A stretch of DNA of 64,000 nucleotides from Chloroflexota bacterium (GTDB lineage Bacteria; Chloroflexota; Dehalococcoidia; JABGRK01): positions 141,969 to 205,968 of the forward strand of contig JABGRK010000009.1 in assembly GCA_018648325.1 (NCBI GenBank), in the 5' to 3' direction. Position numbers and translations under genes: made by a program. Within the stretch, counting starts at the first letter, position 1. Each line of letters begins with the position of its first letter. Shown piece by piece: positions 47,476 to 58,443 of the stretch. Below the pieces are notes generated by a model, which saw only the letters and a list, made by a program, of their open reading frames with translations, was not told where the DNA came from and did not search any database.

Positions 47476-50016
47476 CTAACTGGCGTCTATAAACGGATCA
47501 ATAGGTTCTACACTTAGCAGATTTACCGGCCCTATCATAGACGGAACATAGCCATACATGTACACCCCCTGATCCTCAATCCATCCTGTAAAACGGTCTA
47601 TTCTATATGCATTAGGTGTTATCGGATGATAGAGGGGCAGACACGGCAATTCCTCGGCTATTCGCCACTGCGTTTCGGCAATAAGAGCATCGCGCGTTGC
47701 ATTCCCTTCAGGCAACGTTTGCAATAAATTCAATTGTTCACCAATCGCCTGAGCCTCCGGGCTATCCCAGCCCACAACAGAACTGCGCTTGTCAGATCGA
47801 ACGTTCTCATAGTATCCCCACTGGCTGGCAAAATAATCGTAATCAGGTGGAATCGTTTGACCATAGATATAGGCGTCCCAATCATCATTCCCTCCCTCTA
47901 TATCAACACTGATTCTAAACGCAATTTCTACAAGTGAAAGAGCGCTAATCCCCACTTCTATACCCATGTCAGCAAGACTATCCTCAACCAGCCCTGCAAT
48001 AGCCATATCTTCAGCACTGGTATCCATACATATTAATTCGATCACCAGCGGCTCTCCGTTGTATGTGCGAATACCATCAACCCCATCATTAATGGTCGAC
48101 ATACCGGGTATGTCATCAAGCAAGTCATTGGCTGTATTAATACGATCCCATAACTGCATTCCCACATACGGCCACTCCAGAGAAAGGTCGGCATAAGACA
48201 AATGCGGAGCCACCTCAATCTGCTGCGGTATTACCGCCCAACCATTGGTTACCAAGCTCATCATTGACATCCTGTCTATTCCTACGTTAAGCGCCTGCCT
48301 GAATTTCAGAAAGTTGAACGGTGCAACGCGATGATTGAGATATAACGAGAAGGTGGTATTCTCTGCAACCTGATATATATCAAGATCTTGATCGTCGAGC
48401 AACTGAACAATTCCCCTGGGCAACATAGACGCAGTAGCATCAATATCACCGTTTCCAAGAGCTGCCTTTTGTTGTTCGTCGCTACCATAGTATATTTTTG
48501 CAAGCACATCTATTTTCGGTGCGCCTCCCCAATAATCAGCATGCGCCTCATAAATTACGTAGGTATCGGCCACCGTCTCTCTAACAGTCCATGCCCCACT
48601 GCCTATAGGATTAGCGTTTTCATATACCAAAATCTCAGTATTTGTCATACCACCCCATATCGATTCAGGCACAATAACAACATTACTCAAATAGCTCATG
48701 AACATTGCGGCAAACGTCTCCAGTTCTATTGTCAGTGTCGTATCGTCCAGCACGGTAATCGCATCAACATCAGGCCCAACAGCCGTCAAGATCATACCGG
48801 CATTCGACCATTCACTATCTATAGAAACGGTGGGATCAAGTGTTATAACGGTAGGTGTTACCGAGTAGATTAAATATGCCCCGTCCTGATCACCTGTGGT
48901 ACCTTTGTCAGGACCGTCAGTCGTTCCTCTTATCTCAACCATCTCGCCGGCAGAAAAACCGTCAGCGATGAAGTTTCCGCCTATGCTCTCAATCGTATCT
49001 GAAAACGGATCATTATCCTCCAATGAAAATGGAATTCCTGAAGTTCCTCCCTGGTTCTGCTTTATTGTCGCTGCTATATCAGCAGTCTGTCCCAACCCAA
49101 GGGCCATATATTTTAAAAGGCTGAACTTAACATCATAAGCGGTTACCTGCGTACCATTACTGAACTTGGCATCGGGGTCAAGAGTGATGGTCCACTTCAT
49201 GGTATCATCATCATAATCCCAAGACTCAGCCAGCAAGGGTAGAACCTCACCCATATTGTTGTAGTGAACCAGAGGCTCGTACATGATGCCTATATGCGCC
49301 GCATCGGCCTCTCCATCCACGGCAAGAAACGGGTTGTTAGTAGAAGGTAAGGACTGCACTCCAACGTTTAACTGATATTCCATCGGTGTAGTAAACGTAT
49401 AATCATCTGATACTGCCACAACGCCCGCCTCATCCACAGATTTCACACGGTAATGGTAGGTAGTCTCAGATGCCAACCCGGTAAGTAAAACGCTGTGATC
49501 GGTCCTGGTCATAGTATCAGGCGTCGTGGATGTACTATAACCGGTCGTGATACCATACTCTACTAGCGATGACGATGCCAGGTTGGTGCCCCATGTTATA
49601 GTCGCACTGGAGCCTGCAATATTAGAAGCCATGCAGTTTGATATTGCAAGAATTATCACACCCTTGAGCGTGGTAAACGTATAATCGACTGATGTGGCTT
49701 TATTACCATACCCGTCTGCCGATACTACGCAGTAATGATAGGTAGTCAGAGATTCAAGCCCGGTCAGTTCTACGACATGAGTGGTTGTAGGTAGAGTGAT
49801 CGGCACACTACTTGTACCGTAACCATCTGTCAGCCCATACTCCACCCATCCTATTGATGCTGTATCAGTGCCCCAGGTTATTTTCGCTCCATTCTCCATC
49901 GGCATGTATGTAACACCAGATACAACCTTACCTATCACCGGGCTACAACAAGCCAGCGGCGCAACGCAAAGAACCAGTACGCTTAAAATCGCAACTACCG
50001 TACTACGGCGTTTCAC
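47476..50016 (-). CDS. secreted protein: signal peptide, two FN3-like domains, ABC-transporter family-5 substrate-binding domain
   Basis: …VEYGLTDGYGTSS…TTYHYCVVS… x2; …LLAESWDYDDDTMKWTITLDPDAKFSNGTQVTAYDVKFS… (SBP_bac_5). Confidence 0.7.
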   Translation of the reverse strand: MKRRSTVVAILSVLVLCVAPLACCSPVIGKVVSGVTYMPMENGAKITWGTDTASIGWVEYGLTDGYGTSSVPITLPTTTHVVELTGLESLTTYHYCVVSADGYGNKATSVDYTFTTLKGVIILAISNCMASNIAGSSATITWGTNLASSSLVEYGITTGYSTSTTPDTMTRTDHSVLLTGLASETTYHYRVKSVDEAGVVAVSDDYTFTTPMEYQLNVGVQSLPSTNNPFLAVDGEADAAHIGIMYEPLVHYNNMGEVLPLLAESWDYDDDTMKWTITLDPDAKFSNGTQVTAYDVKFSLLKYMALGLGQTADIAATIKQNQGGTSGIPFSLEDNDPFSDTIESIGGNFIADGFSAGEMVEIRGTTDGPDKGTTGDQDGAYLIYSVTPTVITLDPTVSIDSEWSNAGMILTAVGPDVDAITVLDDTTLTIELETFAAMFMSYLSNVVIVPESIWGGMTNTEILVYENANPIGSGAWTVRETVADTYVIYEAHADYWGGAPKIDVLAKIYYGSDEQQKAALGNGDIDATASMLPRGIVQLLDDQDLDIYQVAENTTFSLYLNHRVAPFNFLKFRQALNVGIDRMSMMSLVTNGWAVIPQQIEVAPHLSYADLSLEWPYVGMQLWDRINTANDLLDDIPGMSTINDGVDGIRTYNGEPLVIELICMDTSAEDMAIAGLVEDSLADMGIEVGISALSLVEIAFRISVDIEGGNDDWDAYIYGQTIPPDYDYFASQWGYYENVRSDKRSSVVGWDSPEAQAIGEQLNLLQTLPEGNATRDALIAETQWRIAEELPCLPLYHPITPNAYRIDRFTGWIEDQGVYMYGYVPSMIGPVNLLSVEPIDPFIDAS

Positions 50017-50161
50017 AAATGCCTCCCGAATTATACCGACAATGCATTATCACGTGCATACTATATTACAGTACTAACACTAATGCAATGCATAAAGAAG
50101 GCGCACTCTTTATGCTGTGCGCCTCATGCCCCAATAATACTTGTATATGATTCACACGCCC

Positions 50162-50584
50162 CTACCCACGCCTGCGCCTCCAGTACAGCAGCCTCGGCAG
50201 CACACGATTAATGAAAACGTCGATTACAACCGATAAAAACAGCCACCAGAGAACGCTTAGCACAAAAGCGGGAATACTACTAAAAAATGATGTACCGCTA
50301 TGCGCATCCCATGGCAAAAGGCCTCTTTCACTGTATGATGGCCACCAAAATCGGTTGAAAATACGTATAAAACGAGCTGAGGAATCCCATTCAACGACAG
50401 CTATCCTCATACCGGACAGAGGACCTTTATCGTAAATCGTATTGCCAATAGTCAGGCTCATCCCAGCGATGACGATAAACACCACCTCCCACCTTATGCG
50501 CAGGCGCCAGCATGTATATACCCCTGCGTTTAATCGTTCCATATAAGTTAAGACGTATAGGTCTGCCAAAAAGTTCCATAACAT
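50162..50584 (-). CDS. small membrane protein (LPWD family)
   Basis: paralog of 43433..43777. Confidence 0.4.
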   Translation of the reverse strand: MLWNFLADLYVLTYMERLNAGVYTCWRLRIRWEVVFIVIAGMSLTIGNTIYDKGPLSGMRIAVVEWDSSARFIRIFNRFWWPSYSERGLLPWDAHSGTSFFSSIPAFVLSVLWWLFLSVVIDVFINRVLPRLLYWRRRRG

Positions 50585-50676
50585 GAGGTTAACGATAAAA
50601 ACCTATAACTTAAGCCACGACGTAGTTTCTTACGGCAAATGATCCCTGATCGTAGCTAGACGATGGGTAACTTGCC

Positions 50677-51300
50677 TCAAGGCTTAGCCTTGCGTAAGGC
50701 GAAAAGCGGCAGCGACAGTCCCCAGCGCATCGCCGCCAGACGAATGCCAAGCGTAACAGCAATCGACACCACCACCGATGCTGCGTATGGCGCACCAAGC
50801 GTGACCATCACAACATATGCAATTGCCCCTGCCAACGTTGCAGTGGCATAAATTTCCTTGTGCAATACAAGCGGCACCTCAGATAAAAGCACGTCTCTGA
50901 GCATGCCTCCAACCACCCCAGTCATCATTCCCATAACCACCGCCAGTACACCGGAGTCGGTCACAGCCAGCGCCTTGTCGGCACCAATCATTGTAAAGAC
51001 CGCCAAACCAACAGCGTCAAACAACAGCAACCAGCGTCGAGGAATAGTGAGTACACGCACGACAAAGAACGTGAACAATGCGGCGATGAGCACCACCAGC
51101 AGATAGACAGTGTTGGCTATCCAGAACACGTCGCCGTCCCTTAAGAGCAGGTCACGCAGAGTACCACCTCCCAGCGCTGTAACCAGCGCCAGCACCAGCA
51201 CACCAAAGATGTCTATGCGCTTGCGTCCCGCAGCCAGCGAGCCGGAAACGGCAAAAACCGCCACCCCGAAAAGGTCCAAAACGTATACTGCTTCACTCAT
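50677..51300 (-). CDS. UPF0126/TRIC-like membrane protein (YadS/YicG family)
   Basis: …VLDLFGVAVFAVSGSLAAGRKRIDIFGVLVLALVTALGGGTLRDLLL…. Confidence 0.75.
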   Translation of the reverse strand: MSEAVYVLDLFGVAVFAVSGSLAAGRKRIDIFGVLVLALVTALGGGTLRDLLLRDGDVFWIANTVYLLVVLIAALFTFFVVRVLTIPRRWLLLFDAVGLAVFTMIGADKALAVTDSGVLAVVMGMMTGVVGGMLRDVLLSEVPLVLHKEIYATATLAGAIAYVVMVTLGAPYAASVVVSIAVTLGIRLAAMRWGLSLPLFALRKAKP

Positions 51301-51448
51301 TGACGACTATGATAACATATTCGTGATGCGAATAAAAAAACCTGGTACAAAGACCCTGCCTTGTTTCTTACGGAGTTCTACCCCAACTCATAACCAACGA
51401 TGGGTAGTTTGTGTCAAGATTCAATCTTGCGATGGGTAATCCGAAAGT

Positions 51449-51479
51449 AAAAAGGCGCACCGGTTAAAGTGCGCCTCTT
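51449..51479 (-). terminator. terminator hairpin downstream of SBP5 gene
   Basis: AGGCGCACcggttaaaGTGCGCCT, T5 on minus strand. Confidence 0.5.
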
Positions 51480-51514
51480 GTAGCATTATTCGATCTGGTC
51501 CGATACTTCCCCGC

Positions 51515-53318
51515 TTATGGCCACCACGAGATATCGCTACCATCCACATTAATAGACCACGCGTAACCAGACCCGTCTGATTTATATACAATTATTTGGC
51601 TATTAGAACCTACAGTTTCAACAAATGCCCCATCAGCAGACCAAACAGGTGTAGTAAAATCAATGGCTGGGTGGTCTGTCAAATTCGTCAAACCACTACC
51701 ATCGGCGTTTATTACGTATATATCATCGTTGCCATCGCGATCAGACACAAACGCTATCTTTGAACCATCCAGCGACCATTGGGCCTGAGTGTCAAGAGCT
51801 GCATTATTGCTCCACTGCTTGAAAAATGATGAAAAATCAGGATCCGACGGATACCCAAAAAGAGACATCTCCCAATCCCAAATAAACCAACCGCTAAACA
51901 GAGTTCGTCCTAGATAAGAGCCCTCAACGGGTGTTGGATTTACCTTGATGCCAATATCCATCAGGTTATCCGCTGTTATCCGTGCCGCCCGCTCATACGT
52001 GGCACTGTCAATATATATGCACTCATATCCCATTGGTTGAGGGCCATCGCCCAGTCCCCTGTCATACGTTCGCACAAAATCAGGTATTTCCATTACAGGG
52101 TCTTCGTCCGTACCTACATTTACAGCAGCAGGCGTTTTGGATATCCCCTCAACGTCATCAAGCAATGCGTTAGCCGCCGCAACCAGCGTGTCACGATCCA
52201 GCCCCGCATCGTTCCATGCCACATCAGGGTTAGACCACGGCAAACCGGGAGCGTATGAAACGTTCTGCGGCATGTTGGCATAACCGGCCTGCGAGAAATT
52301 GATCAGGGCCTCTCTGTCTATTGCATTACTTATCGCCTGCCTCACCTCAAGTACCTTAAACGGATCATAGCGCATATTCATAAACAACATGGCGTTGTGA
52401 TTGTAGGTCGTGATCATATCCATATTTATGCTTCCCGCGGCCAATAGCTCCGGTACATCCGTCGGAGTTTCTATCATCTGCAACGCATCTACCTCACCCG
52501 TTTTTAGCGCTGCGAGTGCAACTTCAGGTGTTTCATAGATATAGATAACCACATCACTCATTTTGGCAACACCATCGCGATAATAGGGGGTTGCCTTCAC
52601 CCAATAATGCTGATCTGCCACATATTCGTGGAAGATAAAAGGCCCGCTGCCAATAAGAAGTTCCCTTCTTGCTTGGTCTCCGGAAGGCGCCACGTAATCT
52701 GCAAATACTGTGGAATCCTCCGCACCTTCTATGTCTTGCCATATAACTTTTGGGACAATAAACACGCTCTCTAGCGTCCCCAAAAATGTCCCATACGGCT
52801 CTTCAAGCGTAAATTTGACCGTACGGCTAACCTCTTTGCTCATCCTCAACCACCTCAATGCTGTCTATCTGTGCCCACGCCTTCTTGGTTTGAGCAAATA
52901 GGTCCTCTCCATGATGTCTTTTGCCCACCTCAAAGCTGTACTTTACATCCTCAGCGGTAACCGGATTGCCATCACTCCAGGCGGCATCAGGGTCTATGTA
53001 AAAGGTATACTCAAGCTTGTCCTCAGAAACATCCCAGCTCGCTGCAAGACAGGGTTCCAATGTGCCATCCTCCAGTTGTCGCACCAGCGGTTCCCATATA
53101 AGCTGAGCCAGACTGGCCTGAATTAGTTTTTCTGACTTCATCGGCACCAGCGTGTTGGGACTACTTGTCATGCCGATGTTCAGTTTTACCGACTCCGGCT
53201 CATCAACAACTACCTCCGGGCTACTACAAGCCAGTGGCGCAAGGCAAAGCATCAGCACACTTAAAATCGCAACCAGAATACTAAAGTGTTTCATGATAAG
53301 CTCCTTCTTACCTCTCAC
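51515..53318 (-). pseudogene. family-5 substrate-binding protein with C-terminal TolB-like repeats, split by frameshift at ~52827-52858
   Basis: N-part (…LAASWDVSEDKLEYTFYIDPDAAWSDGNPVTAEDVKYSF…) and C-part in different frames; signal peptide near-identical to 47476..50016 product. Confidence 0.6.
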
Positions 53319-53674
53319 TTCCTGCCACCACCACCAGAAAAGTTACTACCTCGTTGATTTCTAAGCATATGACCTCCATAAAGGAATAGGCCAAACGCCG
53401 TATATATAATCAATGTCGCAATAAAGCAACCAAACCAGAACAAAGAAGCTGAGAAAAAAACATCACCGGCTCGCGTACCAAAAGGGTTGATGAAAAGCTG
53501 AACGCTGTGATCAGGAATAACAGCAGTTATAATACCGAGTAAAACGCCAAAAACAGCAAATGCTACAACCAGACGCCCCCACAAAGGAACTTTCCACTTG
53601 CCTAATCCCTTGGCCAGCCATAATATAAACAGGCTATGTACTGCTAACGCCAAAATATATGATATACCAGCCAT
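53315..53674 (-). CDS. small membrane protein, INPFG family (member 1)
   Basis: …LFINPFGTRAGDVFF…; start overlaps stop of SBP5 gene. Confidence 0.45.
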   Translation of the reverse strand: MAGISYILALAVHSLFILWLAKGLGKWKVPLWGRLVVAFAVFGVLLGIITAVIPDHSVQLFINPFGTRAGDVFFSASLFWFGCFIATLIIYTAFGLFLYGGHMLRNQRGSNFSGGGGRK

Positions 53675-53855
53675 ATTGCACCTTTTACCTCATTACCAGA
53701 CAATCTATCATCTGCTGTCATAACAGTCATTCTATCTAGTAAAACGTATCAGGGACAAAATCGTCACACCACACATAAAAAAACGCATCATTTGCGATGC
53801 GCTCTGCGTTAAATAGATGTCATATTCGTCGGATTGCCAGCCCAACTTCTTGCTA

Positions 53856-54362
53856 TCAAGCTCCGGGGTAAGCAGGAGGCTCTTTAGCATCAGGATCAGA
53901 ATCCGTTTGAGATGTTGATTGATCCTCGGTCTCATCTTCAAGTACCCCATCCATATCGGGAATGCGCCCTACGAAATTGCGCGGATCGAATATACCGAAC
54001 AAACCGCTCAGCCACGTAAGCGAACCGAAGGCCCCATATGCCAAAGCCGTGCTAAAAATATAGGTTTGCGGAATAAGCATTGTCCAGGGAATCGACGGCT
54101 CCCTATCTATAGTAGGATCATTCAGCGCCGGATCCCAGTTGTTATACAGCCAGTCACCCAGCCAGGCGCCAAACGGATTAACTATCTCGCGCGCCTCGGG
54201 ACTGCTAATTAAGGCAGTAATCGATCCAAACAGCAGCCCTCCCAACGCAAAGGCAACAAACATGGACGTCTTGCGTGACATACCGGCCCTGTCCAGCCTC
54301 ACGCTGACAAAAAGAATAACGATGATATGCCCAAACAAAACGAATAATTTGGCAATCGCCAC
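53856..54362 (-). CDS. small membrane protein, INPFG family (member 2) with acidic C-tail
   Basis: …IVNPFGAWLGDWLYNNW…. Confidence 0.45.
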   Translation of the reverse strand: MAIAKLFVLFGHIIVILFVSVRLDRAGMSRKTSMFVAFALGGLLFGSITALISSPEAREIVNPFGAWLGDWLYNNWDPALNDPTIDREPSIPWTMLIPQTYIFSTALAYGAFGSLTWLSGLFGIFDPRNFVGRIPDMDGVLEDETEDQSTSQTDSDPDAKEPPAYPGA

Positions 54363-54416
54363 TTAATTACCTCCGCTTAACTAATGATATACCATCACTC
54401 TGACAGATACCAGCGA

Positions 54417-55817
54417 CTACTCCCGCTCGGCAGATTCAATGGCAGATGCCAATTTGCGCGGATACCTCAGATGAAAACCAATACCTAGACGTCGGTAGGT
54501 GATAACCAGCCAAGCAATTGTGATAGTAATCGCTATCGTGTCGACAACGGGGAACACCATCCACAGCCCGGTATCGGCAAACAACCAGGTCAATATAAAT
54601 ACGCCCGGTATCCATAGTAAAATATCCGGTGTAGCTGTAAGTAATAGCGATGCTACCCCTTTACCAATACCCTGGAAGAAATTGGTAAGCGTTATCTGCA
54701 ATGTAAGCGCAATTATTCCTATACCGGCTATGCGCAACCCATATGCCCCCAGTGATACATCGACAGAACCGAAGATCGACATTACCTGCTCCGGTATAAT
54801 AAAAGCGATAAGAGCACATATCACGCCCCACACCAGTGCAACCTTTGCTGACTTGACCACAACCTCGCCCACCCGCTCCAGCTTTTTGGCACCGAAGTTG
54901 TACCCTATCAGCGGCAGTGTTCCCTGCGTCAACCCCACAATAGGCATTATCACCACACTAAAGGAGCGCATGATGACACCAAAAACATTGAGCGTGTTCG
55001 GACCAAAACCCAGGGCCAATGTATTGCTCACTGCCATAGCGATGGATGTACCGCTCATACGCACTATAGACGCCAGCCCGATGCGGTATATCTCAAACAC
55101 AGTTCTGAGGTCGGGCACAAAATATTTGAGTTTGAAGGAAAACGACGTCTTACCCATGGCAAAGTAGGCGATGAACAGCACCATACCCAGACCTCGTGCG
55201 ATAACGGTAGCAACAGCGGCACCGGCAACACCCATATCAAGCGCATAGATAAACACCGGGTCCAGCGCTATATTGGTCAGCGCCAGTATGATTAAAACCA
55301 CGCTGGGAAACGTCGGCGCACCCTGTGCCCTGACAATACCCCCTGTAACCAGTGTAAACGTGTTGAGAAAGGCAAATATTATCAGGATGTACATGTACTC
55401 TTTAGCCAGAGGCAGCATCGCACCTTTAGCACCAATCCAGCCCAGTATAGTATCTAAATTGGGAAGACATATCGCCGTTATCAAAGCGCCGATTATCAGG
55501 GTCAGCGTAATGGTGGTACAGGTTACCCTGTCTGCACCTTCGTGATCGCCGGCACCCAGTCTACGCGCAATAAGCGATGAAGAACCAATGGCGGTACCTA
55601 CTGAGAGCGCCATGAATAATATCATCAGCGGAAATACTATTATGAGCGCGCTCAAGGGGTCTTCTCCCAAATGCCCTACAAATATCTGATCAACAATATT
55701 ATAGGTAGAACCCACGGTCATGGAGATGATCGCAGGTGTGGAGAATTTGGCAATCAGACTCCATACGGAATCTTTGCCCATTCGCATAGCTCTTTCCCTA
55801 GAATCGCCTGATTGCAA
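54417..55817 (-). CDS. MATE family efflux transporter
   Basis: 12 TM, MATE signature. Confidence 0.8.
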   Translation of the reverse strand: MQSGDSRERAMRMGKDSVWSLIAKFSTPAIISMTVGSTYNIVDQIFVGHLGEDPLSALIIVFPLMILFMALSVGTAIGSSSLIARRLGAGDHEGADRVTCTTITLTLIIGALITAICLPNLDTILGWIGAKGAMLPLAKEYMYILIIFAFLNTFTLVTGGIVRAQGAPTFPSVVLIILALTNIALDPVFIYALDMGVAGAAVATVIARGLGMVLFIAYFAMGKTSFSFKLKYFVPDLRTVFEIYRIGLASIVRMSGTSIAMAVSNTLALGFGPNTLNVFGVIMRSFSVVIMPIVGLTQGTLPLIGYNFGAKKLERVGEVVVKSAKVALVWGVICALIAFIIPEQVMSIFGSVDVSLGAYGLRIAGIGIIALTLQITLTNFFQGIGKGVASLLLTATPDILLWIPGVFILTWLFADTGLWMVFPVVDTIAITITIAWLVITYRRLGIGFHLRYPRKLASAIESAERE

Positions 55818-55888
55818 TTAAATATCTCCTTACTGTATTGTACTCTGTATAGCGATGCATTCCTAGTTGATCTGTGCTACTTCGATCA

Positions 55889-56365
55889 TCAAACCTGGCT
55901 GTGTTTTGCAACACGATATCTGGCAATAAAGGCGATCTTTTCTCTCGGATTAAAACCACAATCCTCATAAAACCTGTGTGCGTCTTCTCTAAATGCTGCT
56001 GATTGCAACATTACTTTATGACAACCTGCCTGCCACGCATGTTTTAATGCAAACAGCATAAGTTGTTTTCCATATCCCTTTCCTCTCATCGCGGCATCCG
56101 TTATCACGTTCTCAATCACCCCGTATGGGGAAGCATAAATAGCCAGGTTTGGGATAATATTCAAATAACATGTAGAAATGATTTTACCGTCCAGTGCAAG
56201 AACAAAGTAGTGCAGATTTGGATCTTGTAGAATCTGGTCAAATACTACTCTATTGGTTCCATCCGTTATACTTGGGTCATTAGGGATAAGTTGTACAAGA
56301 AGACCGATGATACCTTGAAAATCATTGTCTTCTGCAATTCGAATTATGCAATCTTGTTTTTCCAT
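55889..56365 (-). CDS. GNAT family N-acetyltransferase
   Basis: …RGKGYGKQLM… motif A. Confidence 0.75.
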   Translation of the reverse strand: MEKQDCIIRIAEDNDFQGIIGLLVQLIPNDPSITDGTNRVVFDQILQDPNLHYFVLALDGKIISTCYLNIIPNLAIYASPYGVIENVITDAAMRGKGYGKQLMLFALKHAWQAGCHKVMLQSAAFREDAHRFYEDCGFNPREKIAFIARYRVAKHSQV

Positions 56366-56441
56366 TTCATTCTCCTATTAGATATTGCCCCACCTTAACT
56401 ATCAATGTTATTCTAAGCCCACGACAAATAACAAACACATT

Positions 56442-56948
56442 TTAATTAATCAACACAAACCCATAGCGATTCTCAAGATCGCCCTTTTTCTGTACAACCT
56501 CAATGGGAAAGCCAAGTCCCCGTGCCGTAGCAAACACGTCTACTCCAAAAACCTCTTCGCAGGGTCGCGCCAGTTTCGGCGTAGGACATTGCTCTCCCTT
56601 AGCCGCTCCGCAATCCTTGCACAGGTTGCAGCCTTTCAAAGCAAATGCTAAGTAATAGCCATCGTAAAAGGCGGCACGTTCTACGTCTAATAAGGCACGG
56701 CTCAAGGACATTTTGTCGTTACAATGCAGCAGCAATATGTTTTTATACGCCTTGACCATATCCTGCCTCTCTGAAAGCGAGACGCCTCCAGTGTTACAGC
56801 GCACGCTCTGACGGCCATTATTGGCCGCAAGAGTGCATCCCCATCTGCACTTAAGCAGCGCGCGTATGTCGAAAACTATATCGTTTGGACTGATGAGCAT
56901 AGCGTCTGCCATACCCAGCTCTTTTGCCAAATCAATGTATTTCTGCAT
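56442..56948 (-). CDS. DUF2284 predicted metal-binding protein
   Basis: …LLKCRWGC…CNLCKDCG…CPTPKLARPCEE…. Confidence 0.6.
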   Translation of the reverse strand: MQKYIDLAKELGMADAMLISPNDIVFDIRALLKCRWGCTLAANNGRQSVRCNTGGVSLSERQDMVKAYKNILLLHCNDKMSLSRALLDVERAAFYDGYYLAFALKGCNLCKDCGAAKGEQCPTPKLARPCEEVFGVDVFATARGLGFPIEVVQKKGDLENRYGFVLIN

Positions 56949-57039
56949 AATCCGTGGCCTCCTTTTATAAACACTTTTTATTCGATAAACCTCTACTCTT
57001 TTTTGCATGCCTTCATCCTCTGTTTTATCAACTGCTATA

Positions 57040-57825
57040 TTATTCCTTTCTTCTGGCGATTTGCCTTACCCAGGCCAGAGACCGCCCACCGTCTTGGGCT
57101 AAAACCTCCTGGGCTGAAGGAAATATGTTTGTTCCTGCCGCAACAACCGCTTTTTCGAACTGAAGCCACAGCCCGATGCCGTCCTCAAGCACATCAGTGG
57201 TCTCGACGTCAACCAGTCTGGTGCGGCCCCAAAAATGTTTCCACCAGTCGGCAGTGTGAAAGCAAAAACAGTCGTCCACCCAGAATACAAGCCCATTGCT
57301 CTGAGGTCTTGTCAGATGCTCCGGCACTTCTCCCTCAATCTCTCGTGCCAATCCCGGAACTACTATGCCCATCTGCCCGCCAGGTTTTACATACTTGCTG
57401 AAATATCCTAAGTACAGGTCGTCGGTGCCATAGTACTGGTACGAATCTATGCTGACGATGGCATCGAAGTATCCTTCTGCGTACGGCAACGATCGTGCCT
57501 CGGCGTGTATAGGACATATCTGATCTTCAAAACCAGCCTCGCAAATGCGCTCCCAGTTTTCTGACGCACTTATCCATAAATCATTGGCCCATACCTTTAC
57601 GCCGTACTCCTTTGCCAGAAAGATGGAGCTCATCGCCTTGCCACATCCCATATCCAGTACACGCATTCCGGGCTTAAGGTCCATCTTCTCGACCAGCCAC
57701 TCGGTAAGCCACAGTGCGCTTGGCCCCATCTGGTTAGTCAATACCCACTCAGAATCGTATTTATTTGACAGTGGAAATCTATCTACTGCAATCATTTTTG
57801 CCGCTTGTTGTTTTGTGATATTCAA
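57040..57825 (-). CDS. class I SAM-dependent methyltransferase
   Basis: VLDMGCGKAMSSIFLAKEYG. Confidence 0.75.
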   Translation of the reverse strand: MNITKQQAAKMIAVDRFPLSNKYDSEWVLTNQMGPSALWLTEWLVEKMDLKPGMRVLDMGCGKAMSSIFLAKEYGVKVWANDLWISASENWERICEAGFEDQICPIHAEARSLPYAEGYFDAIVSIDSYQYYGTDDLYLGYFSKYVKPGGQMGIVVPGLAREIEGEVPEHLTRPQSNGLVFWVDDCFCFHTADWWKHFWGRTRLVDVETTDVLEDGIGLWLQFEKAVVAAGTNIFPSAQEVLAQDGGRSLAWVRQIARRKE

Positions 57826-57921
57826 TTTCTTCTCCTAATATTTTTTTTCTGTTTATCCAACGCCTATCTACGTACGTATCTGCTCTCTAACCATATGCGA
57901 CACTCCGTAGAATCCGAAAAT

Positions 57922-57949
57922 AAAAAAACCCGAGATCTTTCGATTCGGG
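57922..57949 (-). terminator. terminator-like hairpin with A7/T7 run
   Basis: CCCGAGATCtttcGATTCGGG; T-run on minus strand. Confidence 0.35.
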
Positions 57950-58443
57950 CCAAGTGTGTCTTATATTGTTGTTCGATTAAGTACTAAAAACGCCTGCTTT
58001 GCGAACATACGGCACACAATACCCAAACCGGCATAACTACCAGTTTATGCATCTGACGTCTTGTCATGGCCGTAAAGTTGATCACAAAAACCCCTTCCTT
58101 GTATTGTTTAGCTATGATATCGCATTTTCGTAATGCTTGTCAATACCCGCTTTTTTGCAAAATCATATGGTTCATCAATAAATACGTCCGATGGTATTGC
58201 AGTAAACCCATCCGGAAATTCTGTTGTTTCAAGTGACGCAAAAACGGACATTGTTCGATCCGCCTTATCTGGCCAAAATAAGAACTTCAGGGTCGGAGGC
58301 CCCCATAATCCGCAGCAGAGGGGCAAGCATATGGCAATCACAATATACACATCCCACCAAACCTAATTGCTTTTAACCATGAGATACGTATGCTATAATT
58401 TTTTGGGTTCTTTCGTTTAATTTATGCGTTTTTCAAAGGAGTA

